From a virus, in IMG/VR virus record IMGVR_UViG_3300026549_000005, positions 1 to 64,000 of that record: a stretch of 64,000 bases of DNA; one strand, 5' to 3'. Below, piece by piece: positions 1 to 8,231 of the stretch. The number at the start of each line of letters is the position of its first letter. The first letter of the stretch is position 1. The notes under the pieces are model-generated. The model was not told where the DNA came from. It saw only the letters and a program-made list of their open reading frames with translations, and did no database searches. Made by a program: the position numbers and the translations under genes.

Positions 1-991
1 CATTACCATATTTTTTTACTTTACCTGATAATTCATTATAAATCCTATCAGCCTTATTTTCACTCAACTGCTCACTAACTTTATTAGGTTCTTTCAAGCA
101 CAATATAAACTGACTTTGAGGCTCACCCCTATTTGAAAACTTATCATACAACCATAAACTAAAATTATTCTGCAAATATTTTTTATCAAAAGGCATTCTT
201 GATTCATCAAACATCAACCTGAAATTCTGCACCGCAGTAAACATCAATTTTTGAACCTTATTCCAATCACCTTTTACTTCTTTTATCGTTTCCCTATATC
301 CCGAAACATCAAATTGCTTATTATTTAAAAACTTTTCTGATAATGGATAAATTCTTGAGTTTATAAAATTGCCATTAAAAATATCCTGCACTGTTTTACA
401 CATAAAAATATAGGTTTTTGTTTTCTTGCCATCTTTCCTATCTTCAGGTAACTGATTCGCAAATAAATCTCTATTTTTCTTTATGATTTTCGTAACTAGA
501 CGCTCTGATTCTTCTGAATAACCTTTTCTTTCCTCAATTTCAATTGGGTCAAATAACATTTTATCTTCCTCACTACCCACATAATTATAGGAATTTATCT
601 TACAATTCTTGTAATCGGATATAACATCTAACCAATCATTCTTAAAATCACCCAATTCATTTTCATCTGCTAAACACTTTTCAACAATATCCCAATTAAA
701 ACAATAAAATACTTTTCTATCAGTTGTCTCAACCTGATTCTTAATTATTCCGCAACTTTTCAATAAAGCAAATTTACGATTGACCGTCACATAATTTATT
801 ACCGAATCTAACAACTTAGTGATGTATTGTTGTGAAATATAAAAATATATTTCACCCTTAATAACTTTATATTGAGGATGCTTTTTGGCAAAAATCCAAT
901 TGAAAATTGTATCAATCAAAATTAAAGTGCCTGCATCGTTTAAGTTATTTTGAACTAAAAAATCTTTATCATAATACTTAAAAACTGACAT
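1..991 (-). CDS. hypothetical protein, N-terminal ~330 codons only (ORF continues past left edge); winged-helix-like N-terminus
   Basis: My own translation of the minus strand from the ATG at ~989-991 (GGTGGTGA SD-like upstream) stays open to base 1 (MSVFKYYDKDFLVQNN...). It is absent from the ORF track because its stop lies outside the window. GEIYFYISQQYITKLL..VTVNRKFALLKSCGII weakly resembles a RepA_N/DnaD-type wHTH layout. Confidence 0.55.
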   Translation of the reverse strand, partial: MSVFKYYDKDFLVQNNLNDAGTLILIDTIFNWIFAKKHPQYKVIKGEIYFYISQQYITKLLDSVINYVTVNRKFALLKSCGIIKNQVETTDRKVFYCFNWDIVEKCLADENELGDFKNDWLDVISDYKNCKINSYNYVGSEEDKMLFDPIEIEERKGYSEESERLVTKIIKKNRDLFANQLPEDRKDGKKTKTYIFMCKTVQDIFNGNFINSRIYPLSEKFLNNKQFDVSGYRETIKEVKGDWNKVQKLMFTAVQNFRLMFDESRMPFDKKYLQNNFSLWLYDKFSNRGEPQSQFILCLKEPNKVSEQLSENKADRIYNELSGKVKKYGN

Positions 992-1003
992 TAATCACCA
1001 CCC

Positions 1004-1423
1004 TTAATAATAAAGTTCATCAGGAATATTTACATCAGGAACATTTATATTTCTCTTCCAAAATTCTTCAACTTTATCCCCACACAAATTATTATCCAAA
1101 CCTTCTCTTAATTTACCAATTAACCGATTAATGCCCGCTTTTTCAGAATCAATGCCGTCTTTAATATATTCCATACATGGGTTATCAACAGACAACACAC
1201 AATCATTAAGAGCCTTCTTGAGCAAATCAAGTATATAAAAAACCTGACCAAGTGATAAATCATACTTAATTTCTGAACCATACAATTTATTCAACCAAAA
1301 TTCATTTGATTGTTTTAATTTTGTTGAACGTTCTTTTTCACAATAATATTTATATTGTCTATTAAAATCCGCATCGAAAGGCGGTTTTAATTTTTCATCT
1401 GATAATTTTTTATATTTTTTCAT
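1004..1423 (-). CDS. hypothetical protein (139 aa)
   Basis: ORF track. AAGGGG SD-like just upstream. The stop abuts the SD of ORF 1..991, suggesting a two-gene operon. Confidence 0.65.
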   Translation of the reverse strand: MKKYKKLSDEKLKPPFDADFNRQYKYYCEKERSTKLKQSNEFWLNKLYGSEIKYDLSLGQVFYILDLLKKALNDCVLSVDNPCMEYIKDGIDSEKAGINRLIGKLREGLDNNLCGDKVEEFWKRNINVPDVNIPDELYY

Positions 1424-1437
1424 AAAAACCCCTTAAA

Positions 1438-1510
1438 ATAAAAAAAAAAAACCTTTCAAAAACCCAAACTCTAAAAAATAGAGTTTTACCACCTAAGTTT
1501 TTGAAAGGTT
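1438..1510 (-). terminator. intrinsic-terminator-like nested hairpin followed by T11 on the minus strand, 17 nt upstream of the ATG of 1004..1423
   Basis: Plus strand: A11, then ACCTTTCAAAAAC ... GTTTTTGAAAGGT, with an inner AAACTCTA/TAGAGTTT hairpin. On the minus strand the stem is followed by the T-run. Confidence 0.6.
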
Positions 1511-1518
1511 CAAATTAA

Positions 1519-1565
1519 TTCAAGGAACTAATAATACGGTGGTATTTTATTATTAGTTCCTTGAA
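1519..1565. repeat. perfect 18-bp inverted repeat (hairpin) with 11-nt loop
   Basis: TTCAAGGAACTAATAATA / TATTATTAGTTCCTTGAA. Loop GGTGGTA (1538-1544) is complementary to TACCACC (1487-1493) inside the neighbouring hairpin. Confidence 0.7.
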
Positions 1566-1654
1566 CTAATTTAATTATATAAACTTTGAATAAAATGTAA
1601 AGCATTTCTTCAAAAATATTTGAAAAAAAAAATATTTTGCAATTTTCAATTGCT

Positions 1655-1688
1655 TATATTATATAATACTTTAGTATTATATAATATA
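1655..1688. promoter_or_regulatory. 34-bp perfect palindrome (16-bp arms, 2-nt spacer) overlapping a TTGCAA-N17-TATA.. promoter-like element; operator candidate
   Basis: TATATTATATAATACT tt AGTATTATATAATATA, read directly. It lies between the divergent ORFs 1004..1423(-) and 1758..1985(+). Confidence 0.5.
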
Positions 1689-1757
1689 TATTAATATAAT
1701 TGTTTATAAACTTTATAATTACACTTCAAAATCTATAATTAAATTAGAGGTTAAAAA

Positions 1758-1985
1758 ATGAAAAAATCTGAAATTACAGTAACTATGCCAATTAGTGCTT
1801 ATGAAGAACTTATGGGAATAAAAACTAAACATGAAAATCTAACCAAGCAACTTTCAGAATGTTATGATACAACCAATTTCAAATTAAATCCTGCTGAACC
1901 TATCAGATTTGATTATGAAAAGGCTGAAAAAATTGCAAAAGAATTCCTGCCATATTCTTGCAAAGATGCTAGAATTTGTTTCTGA
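1758..1985 (+). CDS. hypothetical protein (75 aa)
   Basis: ORF track. AGAGG SD upstream. Followed by a strong terminator. Confidence 0.65.
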   Translation: MKKSEITVTMPISAYEELMGIKTKHENLTKQLSECYDTTNFKLNPAEPIRFDYEKAEKIAKEFLPYSCKDARICF

Positions 1986-2038
1986 TTTACTATAATTAAA
2001 TTAGTAGTTCTGTATAGAATGAACATTATAAGCAAGAT

Positions 2039-2084
2039 GGTGACTAGCCTGCAATTTGGATAAATCGGCTAGTCACCTTTTTTT
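2039..2084 (+). terminator. rho-independent terminator
   Basis: GGTGACTAGCC - 17-nt loop - GGCTAGTCACC, followed by T7. Confidence 0.8.
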
Positions 2085-2493
2085 ATATCATTTCAGAAAT
2101 TACCTTAATCTCATCTTCATAAGATTTTAATTTCATTTTTTCTTCACCACCAGGTAACTTTGAATAGGCTTTCTTTATCAGCAAGTTAGCGTGTTTTAGT
2201 TCATCACTAGCCATTTCTTTATATGTGGAATCCTGAGTTTCAGAATATTTTTGCAGGTATTTCTTAGCACCGCTCAATTCCTCATCAATATCATCTACAG
2301 ATTTGTGCTCGGATGCAGGAGCAGGAGATTCCCCGCATTCGCTCATTTCATTCAGAATATTCCACATCAAGCCTAAATTCAAAGCAGTAAGGAATTCACT
2401 TGAATTCGGATTATAACTGCTGAAATCAACGTTTTTCAGTACAGTTTTGAAATCGTTTAAGACTTCATCTTTAATACTTAAATCCATGTGCAT
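2083..2493 (-). CDS. hypothetical acidic protein (start moved to M15 of the track ORF)
   Basis: ORF track 2083..2535. An internal ATG is preceded by AAAGGAAA. The earlier part overlaps the upstream gene. Confidence 0.55.
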   Translation of the reverse strand: MHMDLSIKDEVLNDFKTVLKNVDFSSYNPNSSEFLTALNLGLMWNILNEMSECGESPAPASEHKSVDDIDEELSGAKKYLQKYSETQDSTYKEMASDELKHANLLIKKAYSKLPGGEEKMKLKSYEDEIKVISEMI

Positions 2494-3028
2494 TTTCCTT
2501 TTCTTTGTATTTTTCATGGAGTTTATCATCAACAACGTGCATATCCAAAGTTAGCCAATCAGATTCATTAAATCTTTTTAGCAATCTGCCAACCTTTTCA
2601 TAATCACACATTATCTTGCACATTGCTTTTTTGATTATGTGGGAATTCATACCAATCAGTTCATAATATTCCTGATTGTAAGTTCCTAACTCATGAATGG
2701 TATCAAGCAACGCTTTATCCCAAGATTTTAAGTGTTCCTCCATGCTTGCAGGTGAATAGGTAATTTCATAATCCTTAAATGTTGGTGCAATGCGGAATTT
2801 ATCATACAACTCGTTAGCAAGGCAAAGTTTCATTTCATGAAATTGTCTTGAACGGTATCTATGCCATCTTTTGAATCCGTTGTAACCTAATACCTGCATT
2901 TTGCTCATTGCAATCATATTAAGTTTACAATGGGTAGTAAGAATTCTTGCAATGGATTCATAAAGACTAGCAACTGATTCAGCCATTGATTTTCCTGATT
3001 TTTCACCAAGATTATAACTGAGTTCCAT
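2471..3028 (-). CDS. hypothetical helical protein (185 aa)
   Basis: ORF track. GGAGG SD upstream (aggaggcagacATG). Confidence 0.65.
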   Translation of the reverse strand: MELSYNLGEKSGKSMAESVASLYESIARILTTHCKLNMIAMSKMQVLGYNGFKRWHRYRSRQFHEMKLCLANELYDKFRIAPTFKDYEITYSPASMEEHLKSWDKALLDTIHELGTYNQEYYELIGMNSHIIKKAMCKIMCDYEKVGRLLKRFNESDWLTLDMHVVDDKLHEKYKEKENAHGFKY

Positions 3029-3046
3029 GTCTGCCTCCTAAATAAC

Positions 3047-3355
3047 TCACACTTTCAGGAAGTGAGCAGGGTCATTGAAAAATCTAACTTTCAGCAATGT
3101 TCTACTTCTTAAAGCACAACAAGGTCGCCAATAATCAGCATTTCTATTAAAGATAGTATAAGTTGTTGTACCATCAGTAACGTTTATCTGAGTTCCATTT
3201 GTGCCTGCGGGAATTGTCTGAAACAATCCTAAGCAATAACAATTACCATCTGTAAAAATTGTTCCTGCGGGAACGGTGATTGTTGTTATACCACCGCTAG
3301 TTGTAATGCTAGATATTGGAATTAAATTAGGGCAAGTTCTGCATTTACAAGCCAT
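3047..3355 (-). CDS. small Cys-rich protein (102 aa from MACKCRTCPN...)
   Basis: ORF track 3047..3424, trimmed to M24, which has a GGAGG SD. Eight Cys residues arranged as CxC, CYC and CC pairs. Confidence 0.6.
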   Translation of the reverse strand: MACKCRTCPNLIPISSITTSGGITTITVPAGTIFTDGNCYCLGLFQTIPAGTNGTQINVTDGTTTYTIFNRNADYWRPCCALRSRTLLKVRFFNDPAHFLKV

Positions 3356-3370
3356 ATTAAGCCTCCGTAT

Positions 3371-3400
3371 AAAAAATAAAGGGCAAGTTGCCTTGCCCTT
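3371..3400 (-). terminator. terminator-like hairpin between 3484..4128 and 3047..3355
   Basis: AAGGGCAAG/CTTGCCCTT stem. On the minus strand it is followed by a T-rich run directly before the next SD. Confidence 0.45.
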
Positions 3401-3483
3401 ATATATCAACGTTGAATAGTTCAACGGAAATCTTCAACCTTAAATAAGGGAAATTCAGTTGTTAAGTAATTCTTTACAACTGA

Positions 3484-4128
3484 TTAAGCCATGCAACCGC
3501 ATCCACCACAATTACAGAATGGACTTGTGCCAGCATTGTAGGTCATGCCGTTTGGATAGCGAACAACACCATTCAAAGCCTGAGCCAACTGCAACTGATT
3601 GATTTGATTCTGCATATCTGCCATGCGGTTTCCTGCAATAGCATCAAGAATCTTCTGTGTCTGAGCAGTTGTGTTTGCATTGATGCTTGCCGTGTTCATT
3701 GCATTGTTGTAATTTACACCGTCAATTGCTCTGAGTGTGTTACAACAACACTGATTCTGATTTGCAAGAGCCTCAGCCTGAGCAACACTTACACCAGCAA
3801 TATCCCTTGCAAGTTCTGAATACTTATCATTCAGGGCATTAAGGGTATCATGGAAAGTCTGATTTGTTGCACTTACTGATTGTGCAGTTCCACTTGTTAC
3901 GGCTGAAAGAATATCTCTTGTCTGAGCCTGAAGATTCTGATTATCAAAACCACGGTTTACATCAGCCTGAATAGCATTTGCATTACCATTGTTTCCACCG
4001 AATCCGCCAAAACCACTTCCACCGAAAAGGAACATGGCAAGAATCAAGAATCCCCAAAAACCAGCACCACCACCAAAACCACTATCACCACCCATAATAA
4101 CGGGTGTTCCGTTAGTTTCAATAGCCAT
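3484..4128 (-). CDS. Gly-rich membrane-anchored protein with Asn/Gln-rich coiled region, internal CCC and C-terminal CNCGGCGC
   Basis: ORF track. Strong AAGGAGG SD. The N-terminus GGDSGFGGGAGFWGFLILAMFLFGGSGFGGFGG is reminiscent of YjcZ-type Gly-rich peptides (weak recall). Confidence 0.7.
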   Translation of the reverse strand: MAIETNGTPVIMGGDSGFGGGAGFWGFLILAMFLFGGSGFGGFGGNNGNANAIQADVNRGFDNQNLQAQTRDILSAVTSGTAQSVSATNQTFHDTLNALNDKYSELARDIAGVSVAQAEALANQNQCCCNTLRAIDGVNYNNAMNTASINANTTAQTQKILDAIAGNRMADMQNQINQLQLAQALNGVVRYPNGMTYNAGTSPFCNCGGCGCMA

Positions 4129-4174
4129 AGTTTTACCTCCTTTATATTAAGTTTATTTATTAAGACCAACGGTC

Positions 4175-4402
4175 TTATAGTTTTATGCCGAATTGATTGG
4201 CAAAACTATTCAAGTCAATTCCACGTTCTTTAGCAATGTTTTGAGCCATTTCTTTTAATTGTATTTCATTTTTCCCCTGAATCATTTGCTGAACCTGATT
4301 GAACATTTGAGGATTTTGGCTTTTCATTTTTTCTAACATTTGTTGCTGAACCATCCCCATCGGATTTTTCATTGCTTGCATTGCTTGAAATGGATTTATC
4401 AT
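4175..4402 (-). CDS. Met/Gln-rich small protein (75 aa from MINPFQ...)
   Basis: ORF track 4175..4414. A GGAGG lies 4 nt before the internal ATG. Confidence 0.6.
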   Translation of the reverse strand: MINPFQAMQAMKNPMGMVQQQMLEKMKSQNPQMFNQVQQMIQGKNEIQLKEMAQNIAKERGIDLNSFANQFGIKL

Positions 4403-4796
4403 ATAAGCCTCCAATTATGTTTTCTATGTTGGATAATCTTTGATTTATTTCAGCCATTGGGTCTGATTGTTTTTCAGGAGTTACCTGCTCCTGAACGGTG
4501 TAGGTATAAAAGTCTGACTTCCCGTTGCTCGTGTTGAGTTGTTTCATGTAAATCTTGCCATTACCCGTATCTAAGAAGAAATACATTGTATTTGGGTCAA
4601 CGGGAAAACCTTTTGCCTCATCAACACTTCCAACCTGCCTTACAAAGAATTGAGGTTGATTATTTTGTGGATATGGGTTGAATTGTGCTTGTGGCGGTTG
4701 CATTTGATTCATCTGATTAAGTTGATTTTGAATCATTGCCTGCTGAGCCATAAGTTGATTACGCTGATAATCAAGCATTGGATTAAAGTTATTCAT
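4266..4796 (-). CDS. Gln/Asn-rich protein; its 3' end overlaps 4175..4402 in another frame
   Basis: ORF track 4266..4811. The ATG at M6 follows the stop of the upstream ORF by 1 nt. The core FFVRQVGSVDEAKGFPVDPNTMYFFLDTGNGKIYMK looks like real protein. Confidence 0.6.
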   Translation of the reverse strand: MNNFNPMLDYQRNQLMAQQAMIQNQLNQMNQMQPPQAQFNPYPQNNQPQFFVRQVGSVDEAKGFPVDPNTMYFFLDTGNGKIYMKQLNTSNGKSDFYTYTVQEQVTPEKQSDPMAEINQRLSNIENIIGGLYDKSISSNASNEKSDGDGSATNVRKNEKPKSSNVQSGSANDSGEK

Positions 4797-4797
4797 T

Positions 4798-4989
4798 TTA
4801 TTTACCTTCAAAAATAAGTTTTAATTCTTCAGTAAGTTGCAAGGGTTCTATTTCATTCTGCCTTGCATAATCAGCACCACAAGTAATTCCATGTGTGAGC
4901 ATTACCTTTAATTTTTCCTTATCGTTTGGTGATAAAGTTTTAATAAAATTAATTGCTATTTGCCTAACTTCCATAATGCAATAATACAT
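4798..4989 (-). CDS. hypothetical protein (63 aa)
   Basis: ORF track. First gene of the minus-strand cargo operon. The start codon is uncertain. Confidence 0.45.
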   Translation of the reverse strand: MYYCIMEVRQIAINFIKTLSPNDKEKLKVMLTHGITCGADYARQNEIEPLQLTEELKLIFEGK

Positions 4990-5040
4990 GTAATTTAATT
5001 TTTATAAGTTTATAAAAATAACACAAAAAGTTTATAAATA

Positions 5041-5095
5041 ATTTATATAAACTACTTGACTTTTTATATAAATTAGTTTAATATAATAAACGTAA
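5041..5095 (+). promoter_or_regulatory. class-1 promoter repeat (ACTACTTGACTTTTTATATAAATT..., -35 TTGACT, 17 nt, TAATAT) plus 5'UTR hairpin GCAGG/CCTGC
   Basis: Read directly. It has the same ~45-nt element as four minus-strand sites (35.2, 36.5, 43.4 and 55.8 kb). Confidence 0.6.
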
Positions 5096-5127
5096 GCAGG
5101 AAAACAACCTGCAAAGGAGAATGAACC

Positions 5128-5460
5128 ATGGAAAAGAAAATTGCATATGAAAGAATGGGAAAATTTGGAAAGCCTGAATATTTGATTCCACTGAAGTGTT
5201 TGCCTCTTGTTCAGAAAAAGGAAAGTGAAAAGGCATATTGCTGTGGTGAATATACAGGATTCACTTACAAAGACGGCAATCCACAGATTGATATTTTTGG
5301 TTGGATTCCAAAATCTCAGCTGGTTGAGATTGAGGGTGAAAAATATATCCCTGCTTGGATTCCTGATAATTGGAGAATTACTCACTTGCAGTTCACCAAG
5401 TGGATAAATGAAGAATATTGGCGACATGACTGTGGTTGGGAAGTTAGAAAATTGGCATAG
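5128..5460 (+). CDS. hypothetical protein (110 aa)
   Basis: ORF track. AAAGGAG SD upstream. The sequence is protein-like. Confidence 0.7.
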   Translation: MEKKIAYERMGKFGKPEYLIPLKCLPLVQKKESEKAYCCGEYTGFTYKDGNPQIDIFGWIPKSQLVEIEGEKYIPAWIPDNWRITHLQFTKWINEEYWRHDCGWEVRKLA

Positions 5461-5517
5461 TGGGATATTGCAGGCGATTTTCAAGCCTGCAATCCTATAA
5501 TAAAAGCGAGGTGTGAA

Positions 5518-5754
5518 ATGAAAACGATTGACCCACATTCACTTTTGAAAGATACACCGAGAATTATTGAAAATTGTGGTGTAGTGGGAGACTTGTTTCA
5601 AATTTGGAAAAAACTTATGAGTGAAAAAACAGATTCAAGATTTAATGAATTTGATGCTTTTGTTGCAGGATATTTCATGGGAACAAATTCAAATTTGCGT
5701 GAAAAATATATGAAATTAAAACCAAGAGAAGAATTTGATTTGAAATTTCTATAA
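5518..5754 (+). CDS. hypothetical protein (78 aa)
   Basis: ORF track. GAGGTG SD upstream. Confidence 0.6.
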   Translation: MKTIDPHSLLKDTPRIIENCGVVGDLFQIWKKLMSEKTDSRFNEFDAFVAGYFMGTNSNLREKYMKLKPREEFDLKFL

Positions 5755-5774
5755 TTTAAGTGTTGGAGGAAAAT

Positions 5775-5954
5775 ATGATTAAATTTGAAAATAATTTTGT
5801 TGTAACAACGAAAACTAAATTATTTGTTTATCGTGATGAAAAATGTAACTATCTTATCGGTTGTGCGGGTGTGAAAAACCCAAAAGATTTTGATTTTAAT
5901 GTTCTTTACAAGATTGCTTTACACAAATCAGGTTCAACTATTCAGGTGGCTTAA
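5775..5954 (+). CDS. hypothetical protein (59 aa)
   Basis: ORF track 5760..5954, trimmed to the ATG preceded by GGAGGA. Confidence 0.5.
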   Translation: MIKFENNFVVTTKTKLFVYRDEKCNYLIGCAGVKNPKDFDFNVLYKIALHKSGSTIQVA

Positions 5955-6377
5955 ATGAAAGTACAGATTAAACTTATTAACGGTGGAAAACTACCTGAGT
6001 TTAAAACAGATGGTGCAGTTTGTGCTGATTGTTATGCAAGATGTAAAGAACCCATTGAAATTAAACCAAATGAACGTAAATTAATTCCTTTAGGTTTTGC
6101 CGTTGAACTTCCAAAAGGGTATGAAATGGTCATAAGACCGAGAAGTAGTATGACTAAGAATAAAATTGATTCAGGAATCGGCACTATTGATTGGGATTAT
6201 AGAGGTGAGGTTATGGCTTGTCTTATCAATAATCTTGATAAAGCAATTTCAGTTGAAGATGGCACAAGAATTTGTCAATGTGCAATAAGAGAAGTTCCTA
6301 AAATTGAATTTGAAGTTGTTGATGAACTTTCAGAAACAATTCGAGGTGCAGGCGGTTTTGGTAGTACGGGAAAATAA
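5955..6377 (+). CDS. dut: dUTP diphosphatase (trimeric dUTPase)
   Basis: Classic dUTPase motifs are present: AVCADCYA, RPRSS, GTIDWDYRGEV, RGAGGFGSTG. Confidence 0.9.
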   Translation: MKVQIKLINGGKLPEFKTDGAVCADCYARCKEPIEIKPNERKLIPLGFAVELPKGYEMVIRPRSSMTKNKIDSGIGTIDWDYRGEVMACLINNLDKAISVEDGTRICQCAIREVPKIEFEVVDELSETIRGAGGFGSTGK

Positions 6378-6378
6378 T

Positions 6379-6588
6379 ATGAGCATTGAAGAACAATATA
6401 CAATGCAAGCAATTCAGCAAATTGCTAAAAAAATTAATAATTTTACATTGCGTGATTATTTTGCAGGACAAGCACTTGCAGGCATGGGTGAATACCTGAT
6501 GCAAAACCGTGAAAACTTAAATGAAGTTGCTGAATCTTGTTACAAAATTGCAGACGTTATGGTGGAATATAACAAGTTAAAAAAGTAA
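6379..6588 (+). CDS. hypothetical protein (69 aa)
   Basis: ORF track 6304..6588, trimmed to the ATG immediately after the dut stop. Confidence 0.5.
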   Translation: MSIEEQYTMQAIQQIAKKINNFTLRDYFAGQALAGMGEYLMQNRENLNEVAESCYKIADVMVEYNKLKK

Positions 6589-6604
6589 TTCATACATTCT
6601 CCTT

Positions 6605-6641
6605 AGACCTGAGTTATCGTTGATAATTCAGGTCTTTTTTA
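6605..6641 (+). terminator. rho-independent terminator closing the plus-strand island
   Basis: AGACCTGA / TCAGGTCT stem followed by T6. Confidence 0.75.
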
Positions 6642-6881
6642 TTCATCTAATTCAAGAATTTTTACTATTTTAATTCTTATTATTTTAAGTTCATTATTTA
6701 CAACCATTTTACAAACACATAATGAATCAGCGATAAAATCAATGTTTTGTTTCTTTATATAAAACATCTCAAATATTTTTTGTTGCCTTTCAGATAGCAC
6801 AATTTCATTATTAATTTTATCAATATCTTTTTTAACTGCTTTCTTAAAAAAATTATTTATGTTTTTTATTATTTTTGACAT
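6639..6881 (-). CDS. sigma-70 region-4-like HTH protein (possible late-gene regulator)
   Basis: LSERQQKIFEMFYIKKQNIDFIADSLCVCKMVVNNELKIIRIKI resembles sigma region 4 or a LuxR-type HTH. The start was moved to M13, which has an AGGAG SD. Confidence 0.5.
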   Translation of the reverse strand: MSKIIKNINNFFKKAVKKDIDKINNEIVLSERQQKIFEMFYIKKQNIDFIADSLCVCKMVVNNELKIIRIKIVKILELDE

Positions 6882-7021
6882 TCCTGCTCCTACTAACAGA
6901 TAGAATTTTATTTCCATCAGTCCTTATAGAAACAGTGTTAGATATAGTTCTTTTAATTTTACTTTTATCTTTGGGTGAAATACTTTTACTCACCTTCATT
7001 TTAACACCCATATTTTACACC

Positions 7022-7393
7022 TTATTTTGTAATTGATAAATTACCATTGTTTTCAGAATTATTATCTGTAATCATTTCAACATTCGAGTTGAAATCTGTA
7101 TTTGATATAAAATCAAGCATCTTTTCAGTATTCTGAACTGTGCAATCTTTTAAGAATTTCTGATTTACAAGACTTAATCCAAAAGAACCTATAATTACAA
7201 CTAAAAGTAATATAAAAAGTGATATTGAAATAAACTTCAGGAATTTTCTTTGTTCCTTAACATCAGATAAAATATCTTCAAGAAGTGAAATATGGGCAGT
7301 TTTATTGGATTCAATTTCCCTTTTCAATTGTTGCATTTGTTTTCCTGCCTCTTCAGCAACTTTTTCACTGATTTCAATATCAATGTTGTTCAT
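7022..7393 (-). CDS. single-pass membrane protein in the lysis cassette
   Basis: Central TM segment FISISLFILLLVVIIGSFGLSLV. Located just downstream of the holin-like gene. Confidence 0.55.
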   Translation of the reverse strand: MNNIDIEISEKVAEEAGKQMQQLKREIESNKTAHISLLEDILSDVKEQRKFLKFISISLFILLLVVIIGSFGLSLVNQKFLKDCTVQNTEKMLDFISNTDFNSNVEMITDNNSENNGNLSITK

Positions 7394-7743
7394 TATACAA
7401 TTTCCTTTTTATTATCAAGTTTATTTTTAATATCCCGCAATCTTTGTTTTGATTCCTGATTATCCTGCAATGAATCATCAATTAAGGCACTTACTGCCGA
7501 ACATATCAGATTTACCGCATTATTTGTTTCTTCAACTTTATCAATTAATTCAGATTTTTGTTGTTTTTGCAGAGTTTCAAAATCAGTCATTTTCTTTTCA
7601 AGTTCTTCAACTTTTTCACCAAGTTGTTTAATCTTGTATATCTGAGCAAATAACTTTCCAAAAAATCCTGATAAAACACCAACGGCAACAACGATTGCGA
7701 CTATCCCACCTAATGTAATGTTATTTACTGCCTCTGCGTTCAT
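7393..7743 (-). CDS. holin-like membrane protein
   Basis: N-terminal TM segment (ITLGGIVAIVVAVGVLSGFF) plus a charged coiled tail. ATGA overlap with the endolysin stop. Confidence 0.55.
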   Translation of the reverse strand: MNAEAVNNITLGGIVAIVVAVGVLSGFFGKLFAQIYKIKQLGEKVEELEKKMTDFETLQKQQKSELIDKVEETNNAVNLICSAVSALIDDSLQDNQESKQRLRDIKNKLDNKKEIV

Positions 7744-8183
7744 TTTCCACTCCAATCAAATCTTAATACACCAAGCATATTATCAATACTTCTGATTGAT
7801 AATTTGGCACCATCTTGTTTAATTCCATTCTGCTCAAACACAAGAATGTTTTTATCATCAACTTTTGAAATGAAAAGAGCAACGTGACCATATTTGTTTT
7901 TATCGGTCTTGTTGTAAATAACAACATCACCAAAATTAAATTCAATATCGTTGTATGCTTTATTAATAGGAATCTTCTTAAAATACTTTTTTTCTAATGG
8001 CATTTTTTCCCAATCTAGGAATAAATCAATTGCACCACCAGTTGTTGAGCAAGAGCCAGTATGCGGAATCTGTAGAACATCCTTGCAATATTGTCTGAAA
8101 AGGTCTACACATTGAGCACCAAAAGCCCCATCAAAGTCTACTTTTGTTTTTATGTATTTATTGATAAATTCATCTAATTTCAT
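7740..8183 (-). CDS. CHAP-domain endolysin
   Basis: FGAQCVDL (Cys) and GHVALF (His) CHAP signatures. The start was moved to M13, which has an AGAGG SD. Confidence 0.8.
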   Translation of the reverse strand: MKLDEFINKYIKTKVDFDGAFGAQCVDLFRQYCKDVLQIPHTGSCSTTGGAIDLFLDWEKMPLEKKYFKKIPINKAYNDIEFNFGDVVIYNKTDKNKYGHVALFISKVDDKNILVFEQNGIKQDGAKLSIRSIDNMLGVLRFDWSGK

Positions 8184-8231
8184 CCCAGCCTCTTTTTTAA
8201 TTATAATATTAAAATTCAATTAAATAAAGTA

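Noticed and set aside
1440-1580. Possible tRNA or tmRNA-like gene in the structured intergenic region
   Set aside because: No cloverleaf can be drawn, and there is no T-loop (GTTCRANYC) or acceptor pairing. The structures are simple hairpins.
5032-5538. 168-aa minus-strand ORF
   Set aside because: It is antisense to two well-supported plus-strand genes. It has hydrophobic, low-complexity, AT-driven sequence and spans the promoter region.
6853-7011. 52-codon basic ORF (MGVKMKVSKSISPKDK...) upstream of the region-4-like gene
   Set aside because: It is Lys/Ser low-complexity sequence with a weak SD, and it overlaps the next gene. It could be real, but there is not enough support to list it.
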